36,279 nucleotides of DNA from positions 1 through 36,279 of the IMG/VR virus record IMGVR_UViG_3300050331_000078. One strand, given 5' to 3'. Source of the DNA: a virus. Its lineage: Duplodnaviria > Caudoviricetes. The notes under the pieces were generated by a model. It saw only the letters and a program-made list of their open reading frames with translations. It was not told where the DNA came from and ran no database searches. The position numbers and the translations under genes are program-made. Positions 9,670 through 17,396 of this stretch are shown one piece after another; positions within the stretch are counted from its first letter, which is position 1, and the number at the start of each line of letters is the position of its first letter.

Positions 9670-10019
9670 CACGCCTCCTTGCATTGGTCGCCGATAAAAG
9701 TCGCCTTGACGCCGTCGCGCGATAGCTCTGGCACCGGGCCGCTGAATGCGTTGGTGATCACGAAGCTCTTGCCGTTGTCGGTGTCAAAGCTGATCGTTGC
9801 ATCCTTGATGTCCTGGATCTCCTTGAGGCTGATGTCGGCCGTATGGATGATGGCGCAGTCTACCTGTGGCGCTTCCAGCTTTTCCTGGTGGCCGGCCACC
9901 CCTCCATCGCCGATCACAGCCTCGCGGCTGACGCCGCCGAACTTGAGGCTTGCGCCTTCCTTGGTGTTGAATCGCTTGCCCGCGACGGTGATGAACGCGC
10001 GCCCGAAAACTTGTGCCAT
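9669..10019 (-). CDS. Tail tube protein (Mu gpM-like)
   Basis: 116 aa directly after the sheath; GRAFITVAG, GGVSREAVIG. Confidence 0.88.
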   Translation of the reverse strand: MAQVFGRAFITVAGKRFNTKEGASLKFGGVSREAVIGDGGVAGHQEKLEAPQVDCAIIHTADISLKEIQDIKDATISFDTDNGKSFVITNAFSGPVPELSRDGVKATFIGDQCKEA

Positions 10020-10031
10020 ATCGATCTCCCT

Positions 10032-11510
10032 TTACAGAATGTATTGAACAGCCGCCGCGAATATGTCGAACTGGTTGACGAGGTTCGGCGGAAGAATCGC
10101 GTTAACCCGGCTCGTGTTTGCGTCAGAGCGCACCACAACCAGGTCTTTAATGAACTGGTCGAGGTCTTCCAGCAGGCCGACCTTCTCCAGCTTCATCGCC
10201 GTACCGATGTTGACGTTTCGTACCAGCTTCGGAGTGGCGATCGCCTGTCCAGGCTGGATACGTTCCAACACGTCGTCGCCCGCCAGCTTGTGGCGCGGGA
10301 AGTTTGTTAGAACGTCGCTGCGGAACGCGAAGCGCATGTAGTCCGCCGTCCATTTGGTGTTGAGCTTGAGCAGGCTCTCGTCTTCCATACCGAAAGTGTT
10401 GGTCTGGTAGGTCGTCACCACCTGGCTAATGCTGGCATTTCCGGCCTGGTCAAACACGATGGTGCTGATGCCGTCGTGCAGCAAGTTGTTGCGCTCTGTA
10501 TCGGTGAACTTGTCAGCTTCAGCCGGAGCCGCAACATCAGGCAGCGCCAGCGAGCGGAACGGGACCGCAGGATCGATCGCGCCGCTGAGCTCGCAGGCCG
10601 CACCGAACTGCGCAGAAATCACCCAGGGCAACGTCGGCGACTTATAGAGGCCGCTGACAGTGCTGTGCGCACTGTTGCGCGCGCTGCCGTAGGTTGATAG
10701 TGCCGAGAAGCTGCCGTTCTTATGGCCAAACACATGCCCGGCGCGCATGCTCATTCCGCCCCAGCGGGCTTGCAGCTCGTTTTCCATCAGCGCCATGTTG
10801 GCGGCATCCGTCCAGCCCATCAGGATGGTGTACGGAGAAAGCGTGCTCATGGCTGTGATGGCCGCAGACACGTCCGGGTTGCTGGTGCCGCCAGACATCG
10901 CGGTGATCGCGGCGGCCAGCCCGGCCGGGATGAATTCGCCCTGGTAGTAGTTGAGGCGGATATCGATATCGTTGCCCTCGACGCCCTTGTGGCGGCTGGT
11001 GACGGTCACCGTGCCGGCATTGGCGCTCGCGGTCACTGCGCCATCCGCATCGGCGGTGATCGCCGCCGCGACAGCGGTGGCCACCTGCGCAGCGGTCTGC
11101 GCGGCCGTGACGCCGACGGTCAGGCGACGTCCGCCAATATAGAGGTACAGGGTGCCACTTTCGGTGGCCGGTCCTGTAAAGGCGATGCTGCCGGACGCCA
11201 TTGCGCCCGCGCCGTTGTCGTCGAGCGACAGCGCGTAATACTCGGTATACGGATTGACCCTGAGCGACGCCGCGATCTGCTGCGCCAGCATCGATCCGCG
11301 CCCGAAGTAGTTCACACCGTCTTCCTTGCGGCTGACGCGGGTCAGCACGCCGGCGGCAACCGTGCCGGTGGAAAGACGCTGGCCGAGAATCAGGATACTG
11401 TGCCGCTGCTGCGGCAGGCCGCGCACGGCGCGGGTGTGGTCGACCTCGATGAATGCGCCCGGATCGCGCCAATCCACGGGTATCGTCATGAAAGTAATGT
11501 TGTCCGGCAT
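10032..11510 (-). CDS. Tail sheath protein (Mu gpL-like)
   Basis: IP..WRDPGAFIEVD, FGRGSML, ERNNLLHDGIST, FPRHKLA, PPNLVNQF. Confidence 0.95.
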   Translation of the reverse strand: MPDNITFMTIPVDWRDPGAFIEVDHTRAVRGLPQQRHSILILGQRLSTGTVAAGVLTRVSRKEDGVNYFGRGSMLAQQIAASLRVNPYTEYYALSLDDNGAGAMASGSIAFTGPATESGTLYLYIGGRRLTVGVTAAQTAAQVATAVAAAITADADGAVTASANAGTVTVTSRHKGVEGNDIDIRLNYYQGEFIPAGLAAAITAMSGGTSNPDVSAAITAMSTLSPYTILMGWTDAANMALMENELQARWGGMSMRAGHVFGHKNGSFSALSTYGSARNSAHSTVSGLYKSPTLPWVISAQFGAACELSGAIDPAVPFRSLALPDVAAPAEADKFTDTERNNLLHDGISTIVFDQAGNASISQVVTTYQTNTFGMEDESLLKLNTKWTADYMRFAFRSDVLTNFPRHKLAGDDVLERIQPGQAIATPKLVRNVNIGTAMKLEKVGLLEDLDQFIKDLVVVRSDANTSRVNAILPPNLVNQFDIFAAAVQYIL

Positions 11511-11546
11511 GTCTATCTCCTGTTAAATGCCTCGGTTGTTTAACGG

Positions 11547-11732
11547 TTACTGCACGTCCTGCTTCTTGCCCTTGGGCAGCTCGCCCAAGGTCACGTCGCC
11601 ATCGGCCTCGCGCCGCGCCCAGTAGCTGCTGTGCGTGACGGTGTCGCCGCCCTCCGGCAAGAATGTGCCGTCTTCCTTGCGAACGCGCAGGCCCTTGGCG
11701 GGCTTGGCGGTGATGGGTTGTCCGAATTGCAT
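11547..11732 (-). CDS. Mu gp38-like small protein (DUF2635)
   Basis: KPAKGLRVR..LPEGG..YWARREADGDV; GGAGG SD before the ATG at 11732. Confidence 0.85.
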   Translation of the reverse strand: MQFGQPITAKPAKGLRVRKEDGTFLPEGGDTVTHSSYWARREADGDVTLGELPKGKKQDVQ

Positions 11733-11740
11733 ATCGCCTC

Positions 11741-12337
11741 CTATTGTTGAAGTTGCTGGGTGTCTTGTAGCTCCGGCTTGCTGGTCGAGAAATCCTGTGT
11801 ATCGCCCGACCACTTGTCGTGTTCCGCCGCCGTCTCGTGCGGCGGCAAGTCGTAATCCGCGCGCAGCGTCGTGAAGTCCGCCAGCGCCGTCTCATCGATT
11901 CCGGCGGGCATTTCGGCGGAGGTGTCGATGCGCACCACGCCGACCGTCAGCCCCGCATCGACCAGCTTCCCGTCGTTCATGAAGTCCACGCCGGCGACGC
12001 GCCAGGTGTAACCGCCGGCCTTGCCGTTCTCCGCCAGGCCGAGCACGCTTTCCAGCATCGTGTACAGGCCGATGATCTTGCCGTCGCCGCGCCGCGCATC
12101 TTCGTGGCCGCGCGCGTTGCGCGCCACGCAGGCCAGCCCGAACGGCACGATCAGCGTCCCAGACTCGGCCTTGTACGGATGCCCGGCCACCACGTAGACG
12201 GCGGGTGCATCCGCCGCCAAGCGCTTGACCAGGTTGTCGCCGTCGAGATCTGGCAGGGTGTCCACCCTGGCGATCTTCTGCGCGAGCGCGCTCTGCTTGA
12301 CCATCGAGACCAGCCCGGATTCCATCGTGCTGAACAT
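11741..12337 (-). CDS. Mu gp37-like tail completion protein (DUF1834-like)
   Basis: Position before gp38/sheath; APAVYV and ARRGDG..IGLY motifs. Confidence 0.75.
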   Translation of the reverse strand: MFSTMESGLVSMVKQSALAQKIARVDTLPDLDGDNLVKRLAADAPAVYVVAGHPYKAESGTLIVPFGLACVARNARGHEDARRGDGKIIGLYTMLESVLGLAENGKAGGYTWRVAGVDFMNDGKLVDAGLTVGVVRIDTSAEMPAGIDETALADFTTLRADYDLPPHETAAEHDKWSGDTQDFSTSKPELQDTQQLQQ

Positions 12338-12829
12338 TTAGTGAACCCCCTCGATGCGTGCCTGGAGGATGTCCATGATGTCCGCCGCGTTCTCTTCGTT
12401 CACGCCCAGGTATTCCCGCTTGGGAATCTCGACCTTATCTGTGCTGACGAAAGCGCCGCTAGCCAGCTTGAAGCGCAGCGAAGTCGCGTGCTTCGGCTTG
12501 ATCGTCCCGCCTAACTGGTGGATGGCCGCATAGATGCGGTTTGTGCCCCACTCGGCAAAATTACTGCTGGAGCGGCTTGTGATGGAGCCTGACAGGTGTC
12601 CATCCCTGGTCAGCGTCTTGCCGCCGCGAAGCTGCACGCGCAGGCTGGGCTTCCAGCGCTCGCCGCCTGGTGAAATCTGCAACCTGAACCGCTCGCGTGT
12701 GGAACTCTCGCCATACGTGGCGATGTCGCGCATCGCGGGGGCGGGGTTCCTGCCAAGCGCGATCAGCGTCGTCAGCCTGGCGCGAATGCCGCTGTCATCG
12801 ACCTCGGCGCGGAGGGTGATGCCGCTCAC
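12338..12829 (-). CDS. Virion morphogenesis protein (Mu gpG-like)
   Basis: RERF..Q.SP.G.RWKPS, GTNRIYAAIHQLGG, IPKREYLG. Confidence 0.9.
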   Translation of the reverse strand: MSGITLRAEVDDSGIRARLTTLIALGRNPAPAMRDIATYGESSTRERFRLQISPGGERWKPSLRVQLRGGKTLTRDGHLSGSITSRSSSNFAEWGTNRIYAAIHQLGGTIKPKHATSLRFKLASGAFVSTDKVEIPKREYLGVNEENAADIMDILQARIEGVH

Positions 12830-13323
12830 AGGAAACTCCCGTCACGCGTAAATACTTTGCCAACTGATACGACCTGCGCGCTGCCCGATCCGCTCGGCTT
12901 GTTGCCCTGGGTGTCGATGCCCAGGCTGACTTTGCCCGCGCCGATCGCTTCCAGGAGCTTGATGGCGTCCTTGTAGCGCTGCGTGATCTGTTCCGTGGCG
13001 ATATCGTCATACAGCGCATAGCGCGCGAGATCGCAGGCCGCCGTCACGATCAGGCGCGGCACGGTGGTCAGCGGAACCTGGTAGCGGGTAGCCAGATGGC
13101 CGTTGATGATGCTGTCCGCATCGAGCAGCTTCTGGTTGATCAGCGCCAGCGACACTGTCGTGGCCGCCTGTTCGTCGGTCGTGTACCCGCTCATGGAGCC
13201 ACCAGCCGCCGCCGTCTTCAGCATCGCCGCCGAAACCAGGCGCGGCATGCTGCGGTCAGAACGCTGCGCGATCTCCTCGGCATCGAACTGATCCAGCAGG
13301 TTGGTGGCGGTGGCGTAGGTCAT
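12826..13323 (-). CDS. Head-tail adaptor, Mu gp36/J-like (DUF1320)
   Basis: MTYAT..L, DADSIINGHL..RY.VPL, ACDLARY.L, RYKDAIKLL..I..GKVSLG. Confidence 0.9.
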   Translation of the reverse strand: MTYATATNLLDQFDAEEIAQRSDRSMPRLVSAAMLKTAAAGGSMSGYTTDEQAATTVSLALINQKLLDADSIINGHLATRYQVPLTTVPRLIVTAACDLARYALYDDIATEQITQRYKDAIKLLEAIGAGKVSLGIDTQGNKPSGSGSAQVVSVGKVFTRDGSFL

Positions 13324-13721
13324 TACTCAGCAGCCGGCGCGTCGATCTCGATCTCGGCGACATCCAGCATCGGCTCGCCCTTGATCTGCTCGATCTGTTC
13401 TTCGCTCAGCTCAGCCATCGAGACTACGGTCGCTTCCTTGCTCCAGGCGCGGCCCGCGCGGCGGAAGCCGTCGCGTTTGCTGGTCACGCGCAGAGCGTTG
13501 ACCTTTTTAACGGTGCCTGGATTATTGGATGACGCACCGGATGCAGCAGCAGCTTTAGCTGCAGCAGCTTCCTCTGCGGCTTTCTTTGCGGCTTCAGCTG
13601 CAGCAGCTTCCTCGGCGGCTTTCTTCGCTGCCTCTGTAGCAGCTGCCTTTGCGGCAGCGGTATCAGCATCACCCGCTTTCGCGGTACCGCCTGCTTTAGG
13701 TTTGTTCTTGCCCGACATCAT
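13323..13721 (-). CDS. Mu gp35/HI1506-like protein with Ala/Lys/Glu-rich N-terminus
   Basis: C-terminal DGFRRAGRAW..LSEEQIEQIKGEPML motif; follows the capsid gene. Confidence 0.78.
   Translation of the reverse strand: MMSGKNKPKAGGTAKAGDADTAAAKAAATEAAKKAAEEAAAAEAAKKAAEEAAAAKAAAASGASSNNPGTVKKVNALRVTSKRDGFRRAGRAWSKEATVVSMAELSEEQIEQIKGEPMLDVAEIEIDAPAAE
13557..13634. repeat. Two tandem near-identical 39-bp units encoding EAAKKAAEEAAAA
   Basis: agctgcagcagcttcctc(t/g)gcggctttctt.. begins at both 13557 and 13596. Confidence 0.85.
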
Positions 13722-13750
13722 CTGCCTCCTTGATAGTCTTTCTGGTCGTC

Positions 13751-13775
13751 CCGCCCAGCACTCAAGGCTGGGCGG
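13751..13775. other. GC-rich hairpin downstream of the capsid gene (possible mRNA stabiliser or attenuator)
   Basis: ccgcccagc-actcaag-gctgggcgg, perfect 9-bp stem, no U-tract on -. Confidence 0.45.
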
Positions 13776-13803
13776 TTAGCGTGGTGCTCGCGGGGTGTAT
13801 TCC

Positions 13804-14847
13804 TTACGCGCCGGCGCCGGTCGAGCCGTAGCAGAGCTGCCAGAAGCCGTAGCCGCCGGCCGCACGCGCTTCCGCGCCGTAGCGGAACCTCTTGCGCATG
13901 AACACGTTGTCGCTGCTGGTGTCGGTCTGTTCGACGAACACCGGCGCCTTGCGCTCCTGGTAGATGAACGGCTTGATCGCCTTGGTGGTGTCCAGCAGGA
14001 ACCATGCGGTGTCGCTGGTCAGGCGAGCGTCGCACACCACCTCGATAGTGCCCTTGTAGGGGTTCTGCTTGCCGTCTTCCAGGCGTTCGTTGTTGGCCAG
14101 CACCAGGGCGATTTCCTCCAGTGCGGGCGGAACCAGCAGCACGGTCGGCCTGATGTTCAATGGGCGGCCTTCGTCGTCCTTGAACTTCTTCATGGCGGTC
14201 CGGGCTACGCCGAGGCTGGCCTGTGCAGCTGCCAGCGTTGCGCAGGAGAGCGCCACGACACCCTTATTTGAAACCGATGCGCCCTTGACGACGTGGTCGG
14301 TGTCGCAGAAGTACTGGCCATCGAAGCATTCGGCGGTGAAGGCGTTGTTCACCAACTCCATGACGATCTCATCCGGCAACTGCGCGGAAGACTCGCCGGC
14401 CATCTGCGCCTGCGGCGCGTAGATGCCCAGGTTGTCGTCATCGATGTCGTTGCGATCCACCTCGACCGTGGCCTCGAAGTCGTCGTTCTTGATGGTGTAT
14501 TTCGACGCTTCCAGCGCCTTCACGTTCTTGTCGCCGATCCACTTCGCCATCTTCGGGAACTTGGACAGCCAGGCGTAATCGTTCTGGCCGGTGGTGCTGG
14601 GCACCTTCATGGCGATCTTCTGCCACACCGTAGGTGCGGCGGAGAAGGCGTTATTGAAGATGGTCTTGAGGCTGGTGAACAGGTTGGCCAGCGTGTCCTT
14701 GTTGACCAGCATGCCGCCCAGGGCGATGCCGATGCCATCAGGCGACAGGCCGTGACCGACTGCAGCAGGCTGCAGGGCGGACATCAGGACGATGGAGACC
14801 AGCGCGAAGAGGCCGATCATCCAGACGAAAGTTTTAACGAGTTTCAT
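13804..14847 (-). CDS. Major capsid protein (Mu gpT family) with 45-aa hydrophobic N-terminal extension
   Basis: gpT motifs WQKIAMKVPS, YAWL..FP...KWIGD, FEATVEVDRNDIDDD, CFDGQYFCDTDH, GYGFWQ; AGGAG SD before 14847. Confidence 0.95.
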   Translation of the reverse strand: MKLVKTFVWMIGLFALVSIVLMSALQPAAVGHGLSPDGIGIALGGMLVNKDTLANLFTSLKTIFNNAFSAAPTVWQKIAMKVPSTTGQNDYAWLSKFPKMAKWIGDKNVKALEASKYTIKNDDFEATVEVDRNDIDDDNLGIYAPQAQMAGESSAQLPDEIVMELVNNAFTAECFDGQYFCDTDHVVKGASVSNKGVVALSCATLAAAQASLGVARTAMKKFKDDEGRPLNIRPTVLLVPPALEEIALVLANNERLEDGKQNPYKGTIEVVCDARLTSDTAWFLLDTTKAIKPFIYQERKAPVFVEQTDTSSDNVFMRKRFRYGAEARAAGGYGFWQLCYGSTGAGA

Positions 14848-14883
14848 GTGATTCTCCTATCGAATTAACGGATATGCGGCGGT

Positions 14884-15546
14884 TTAGGCGGTGAGGATTC
14901 CAGCCGTCCGCAGCTTGGCGAGCAGGCTGTTGATTTTGGTCAACAGCTCCTTGTTCTGCTCGTTCACGCCGCTGACGATGGTGGCCACCGCCGTGGCGAT
15001 GGCAGCATCGACTTCCGCCGCAGACGGGGTTGCTCCGCCTGCGCACGCGGCCGCTGTTGCGGCGATGTCGGCCATCGAGCCGTTCGCGGTGCCGGTGAGC
15101 GTGCCGGTCAAGTCAGCTTCTGCTGCCAGTGCGCCCTTGGGTGCGGCCTCGGCCACCCACACACCGTCGGTATCCACGCCGACCACGATGCCTGCCACGG
15201 AGCGCGCGCCGTTGTTGCTGGTCAGCGCCACCTGGGCGTCGTCGTAGATAAAACAGGGTTTGCCCATCGATGCCTGGGTGACGGCATCCGATGCGTAGTT
15301 GCCCCACTTGAACGCCTTGCCACGGCGAACCAGCACCGACTTGTCTCCGGCGTTGCCGGCCGAGTTGTCGACTGTCTCCTCGGCGCGTCCGAGGTAGGTC
15401 AACGTACCGGATGCAGCGCCCGGCGTGGCGTACCCAGATGCGTTGGCAGCCACTAGGCTGCCGGCGAACACCTTAGCGGCTGCCATCGGCACCGAAATCA
15501 GTTCAGCATCTTTCATTTGTGTATTGCGATCAGCGGTTAATCCCAT
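14884..15546 (-). CDS. Head decoration/cement protein with head-fibre-like C-terminal tail
   Basis: Between gpI and gpT; LTADRNT, G.AEETVDNS.G..GD..V.VRRG, GVWV; C-terminal INSLLAKLRTAGIL. Confidence 0.72.
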   Translation of the reverse strand: MGLTADRNTQMKDAELISVPMAAAKVFAGSLVAANASGYATPGAASGTLTYLGRAEETVDNSAGNAGDKSVLVRRGKAFKWGNYASDAVTQASMGKPCFIYDDAQVALTSNNGARSVAGIVVGVDTDGVWVAEAAPKGALAAEADLTGTLTGTANGSMADIAATAAACAGGATPSAAEVDAAIATAVATIVSGVNEQNKELLTKINSLLAKLRTAGILTA

Positions 15547-15576
15547 GTCGTTCTCCAGTTGGTTGATGGATGCCGG

Positions 15577-16155
15577 TTACGCTTGCGCGTCAGCCAGCTT
15601 GGTTTTCAGGAAGGCTTCCGGATCGGTGCCCATCTGGCTGCACATCGCCAGCTCGGCTTCGCCCAGCTTCTGGACGCCCTCGTCGCCACCCGGCTTCTTG
15701 CCGCCGGTCTGCGTACCGGTCAGCGCTTCGATCGGCTGCGCGGTCTCCAGGTACTGGTTGAGCGCGGCGATGTTGCTCATGCCGAGTTCGCGCGCCCACT
15801 TCTCCTGGGCGGGCAGCAGCTTGCCCTGGGAAAGCGCGGCCACGACCACGCCATCCACCTCGCGCTGCTGGTTGGCAGCCTTGAGGGTGGACAGCTCGGC
15901 CTGCAGCGCCTGCATGGTTTCGACCGGCGCAAACTTGGACGGGTCGGGCGTGGCGGCGGAGAGGGCGGCGACGTTGGCATTGAGTCCGGCCACGAGGCCG
16001 GCGATGCTAAAGCTGGCGGCGGCAGTCTCGGTCGGGTTGGACGCCTTGATCGCGGCCACGGCCTTTTGCAGCTCAGCCAGGATGTCTTCCTTGGTGGCCA
16101 GCGTCGGCAGGTTGAGCAGCCAACGCAGCTGCTCCAGCAATTCTTCGATATCCAT
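15577..16155 (-). CDS. Internal in-frame scaffold protein (Mu gpZ-like)
   Basis: AGGAG SD before the in-frame ATG at 16155 (MDIEELLEQL); same arrangement as Mu I/Z. Confidence 0.7.
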   Translation of the reverse strand: MDIEELLEQLRWLLNLPTLATKEDILAELQKAVAAIKASNPTETAAASFSIAGLVAGLNANVAALSAATPDPSKFAPVETMQALQAELSTLKAANQQREVDGVVVAALSQGKLLPAQEKWARELGMSNIAALNQYLETAQPIEALTGTQTGGKKPGGDEGVQKLGEAELAMCSQMGTDPEAFLKTKLADAQA

Positions 16156-16704
16156 CGTGATCTCCTGTGAGTTGGGTGTTACGAATTGAGCCAGCTCGGC
16201 GCTGGCGGCAGCGATGGCGACTTCCGCCATGCCATCGATGTTCGGGGTGTTGGTCAGAGCGGCAGAATGGATGCCCAGGACGTTGCCGGTCTTCTTGTCG
16301 TAAAAGAAGACCGGGGAGAGATACTTGTATTCGCCGGCGGCGATGTAGTCTTTGGCGCGCTGTGTCAGCTCGGCACGCGCGAACAGCCCTTCGTTCTCGC
16401 GGTACGCCAGATCGGAACCCTTGAACCACCCGGCGGCCGGCGCAGGCTGACCGTTCTTTTCCTTGTGCAGGGTCTGGTGCTCGTAGTCGATGACCAAGTC
16501 GATGGCGCGCGACGAGTTGAACGCGATCACGTTGGCCGCGATCCCGGCATCGATGTTCCAGGCGGGCACTTCAGCCGGACGGCCATCGATGCCACGGAAC
16601 GAACCGGCCGGGGTGAGCTGCAGCTCGCCGTCGGCGTTCAGCGACAGCGAACACGCGGCGACGCCGACGCCGATCTGTTTGGTCTTAGTGGATTGAGTTG
16701 CCAT
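15577..16704 (-). CDS. Prohead protease (Mu gpI-like)
   Basis: LVIDYEHQT, APAAGW, EYKYLSPVF, AALTNTP. Confidence 0.95.
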   Translation of the reverse strand: MATQSTKTKQIGVGVAACSLSLNADGELQLTPAGSFRGIDGRPAEVPAWNIDAGIAANVIAFNSSRAIDLVIDYEHQTLHKEKNGQPAPAAGWFKGSDLAYRENEGLFARAELTQRAKDYIAAGEYKYLSPVFFYDKKTGNVLGIHSAALTNTPNIDGMAEVAIAAASAELAQFVTPNSQEITMDIEELLEQLRWLLNLPTLATKEDILAELQKAVAAIKASNPTETAAASFSIAGLVAGLNANVAALSAATPDPSKFAPVETMQALQAELSTLKAANQQREVDGVVVAALSQGKLLPAQEKWARELGMSNIAALNQYLETAQPIEALTGTQTGGKKPGGDEGVQKLGEAELAMCSQMGTDPEAFLKTKLADAQA

Positions 16705-16759
16705 GCCGCCATTCTGGGATGGCGGAGAGGAGGTTGCGATACCGAAGGGTTTCGGTGCT
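16705..16759 (-). promoter_or_regulatory. Late promoter of the head operon with dyad activator site
   Basis: ACCGAA-N4-TTCGGT dyad at 16741-16756, also found upstream of the lysin; -10-like CAGAAT (16716-16711) 6 nt before the gpI ATG. Confidence 0.7.
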
Positions 16760-16806
16760 ACCGGAGGGCGGGTTGCGCGAGGACTTTTTTACCCTAACAT
16801 AACCAG

Positions 16807-16839
16807 CCACTTGGTTGAAGTTTTTTTTCAACCTAGTGG
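16807..16839. repeat. 13-7-13 inverted repeat
   Basis: CCACTTGGTTGAA / TTCAACCTAGTGG, one mismatch. Confidence 0.7.
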
Positions 16840-16864
16840 AATGACTAGGAGTTCCATCAGACCT

Positions 16865-17045
16865 CCCGGAAAAATGCAAAATTCCCGACTACGGTAAAAC
16901 CCGCACCCGAACCCATCCGAAAAAATGCCCAACAAGGCCGTTAAACCCCCGTTAAAAACCGCGAAGGGGATTTTTGGCTATATCGGGACGGTCTTGGGGT
17001 GGAAAAACGCCACAGGGGCGGTTTTTTCAAAAACCGGAAAATCCG
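16865..17045. promoter_or_regulatory. Phased A/T-tract region, putative strong gyrase site
   Basis: A/T tracts recur about every 10-11 bp (16920, 16931, 16941, 16952 ...); non-coding, near the genome centre and upstream of gpI as for the Mu SGS. Confidence 0.5.
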
Positions 17046-17056
17046 GCCTGGGGGTG

Positions 17057-17239
17057 GGTAGTGTCTCAGTTTGGAATCTACGTTGGTATGCGGGAACGTT
17101 ACCCGTCTACCAAAGCGGCTTTGCGACGTTGACAGCCGCCAATCGGCTGTGCGTATCCGCTCCATTTCTCTGCCTAAGCTATATGCGTTGGGTCGAGGCT
17201 TCCGCGACGACTACATAGATTCCAAACTGAGACACTACT
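17057..17239. mobile_element. 183-bp MITE (non-autonomous IS derivative, possibly IS1595 family)
   Basis: Perfect 23-bp TIR GTAGTGTCTCAGTTTGGAATCTA at 17058-17080 and 17216-17238; 8-bp direct repeat TGGGGGTG at 17049-17056 and 17240-17247. Confidence 0.9.
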
Positions 17240-17254
17240 TGGGGGTGACCTCCC

Positions 17255-17283
17255 TTGCCCCTGCCCATAAGTGGGAATATACT
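17255..17283 (+). promoter_or_regulatory. Sigma70-type promoter, antisense to the phage late genes
   Basis: TTGCCC (17255-60), 17-nt spacer, TATACT (17278-83). Confidence 0.7.
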
Positions 17284-17291
17284 TGCCGCAA

Positions 17292-17394
17292 GCGGGTGCG
17301 ACACGGTGATATTCCCCCGGCCGTAACACGGCAGCAATGCCGGAGTGCTATGTGAGGTTGCCGGGAAACCGGAATGGGGGGCCTCACCACCCGC
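17292..17394 (+). ncRNA. Candidate ~103-nt multi-stem RNA with GNRA tetraloops and possible pseudoknot
   Basis: Closing stem GCGGGUG/CACCCGC; CGGCA-GCAA-UGCCG; CCGG-GAAA-CCGG; GUGAGG/CCUCAC; loop C5 complementary to G6; starts just after the promoter. Confidence 0.68.
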
Positions 17395-17396
17395 GA

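Noticed and set aside
13722-13803. Mu-gpT downstream-element RNA motif
   Set aside because: The location fits, but only one simple hairpin is visible; it cannot be assigned without a covariance-model search.
17058-17238. Invertible segment (gix-like) or long RNA hairpin
   Set aside because: The exact 8-bp flanking duplication indicates a transposition product, and no invertase is present.
17320-17387. Twister or other self-cleaving ribozyme, or a true tRNA
   Set aside because: UAACAC..AAUGCCGG recalls twister, but the conserved loop and second pseudoknot are not evident; there is no T-loop, anticodon arm or CCA for a tRNA.
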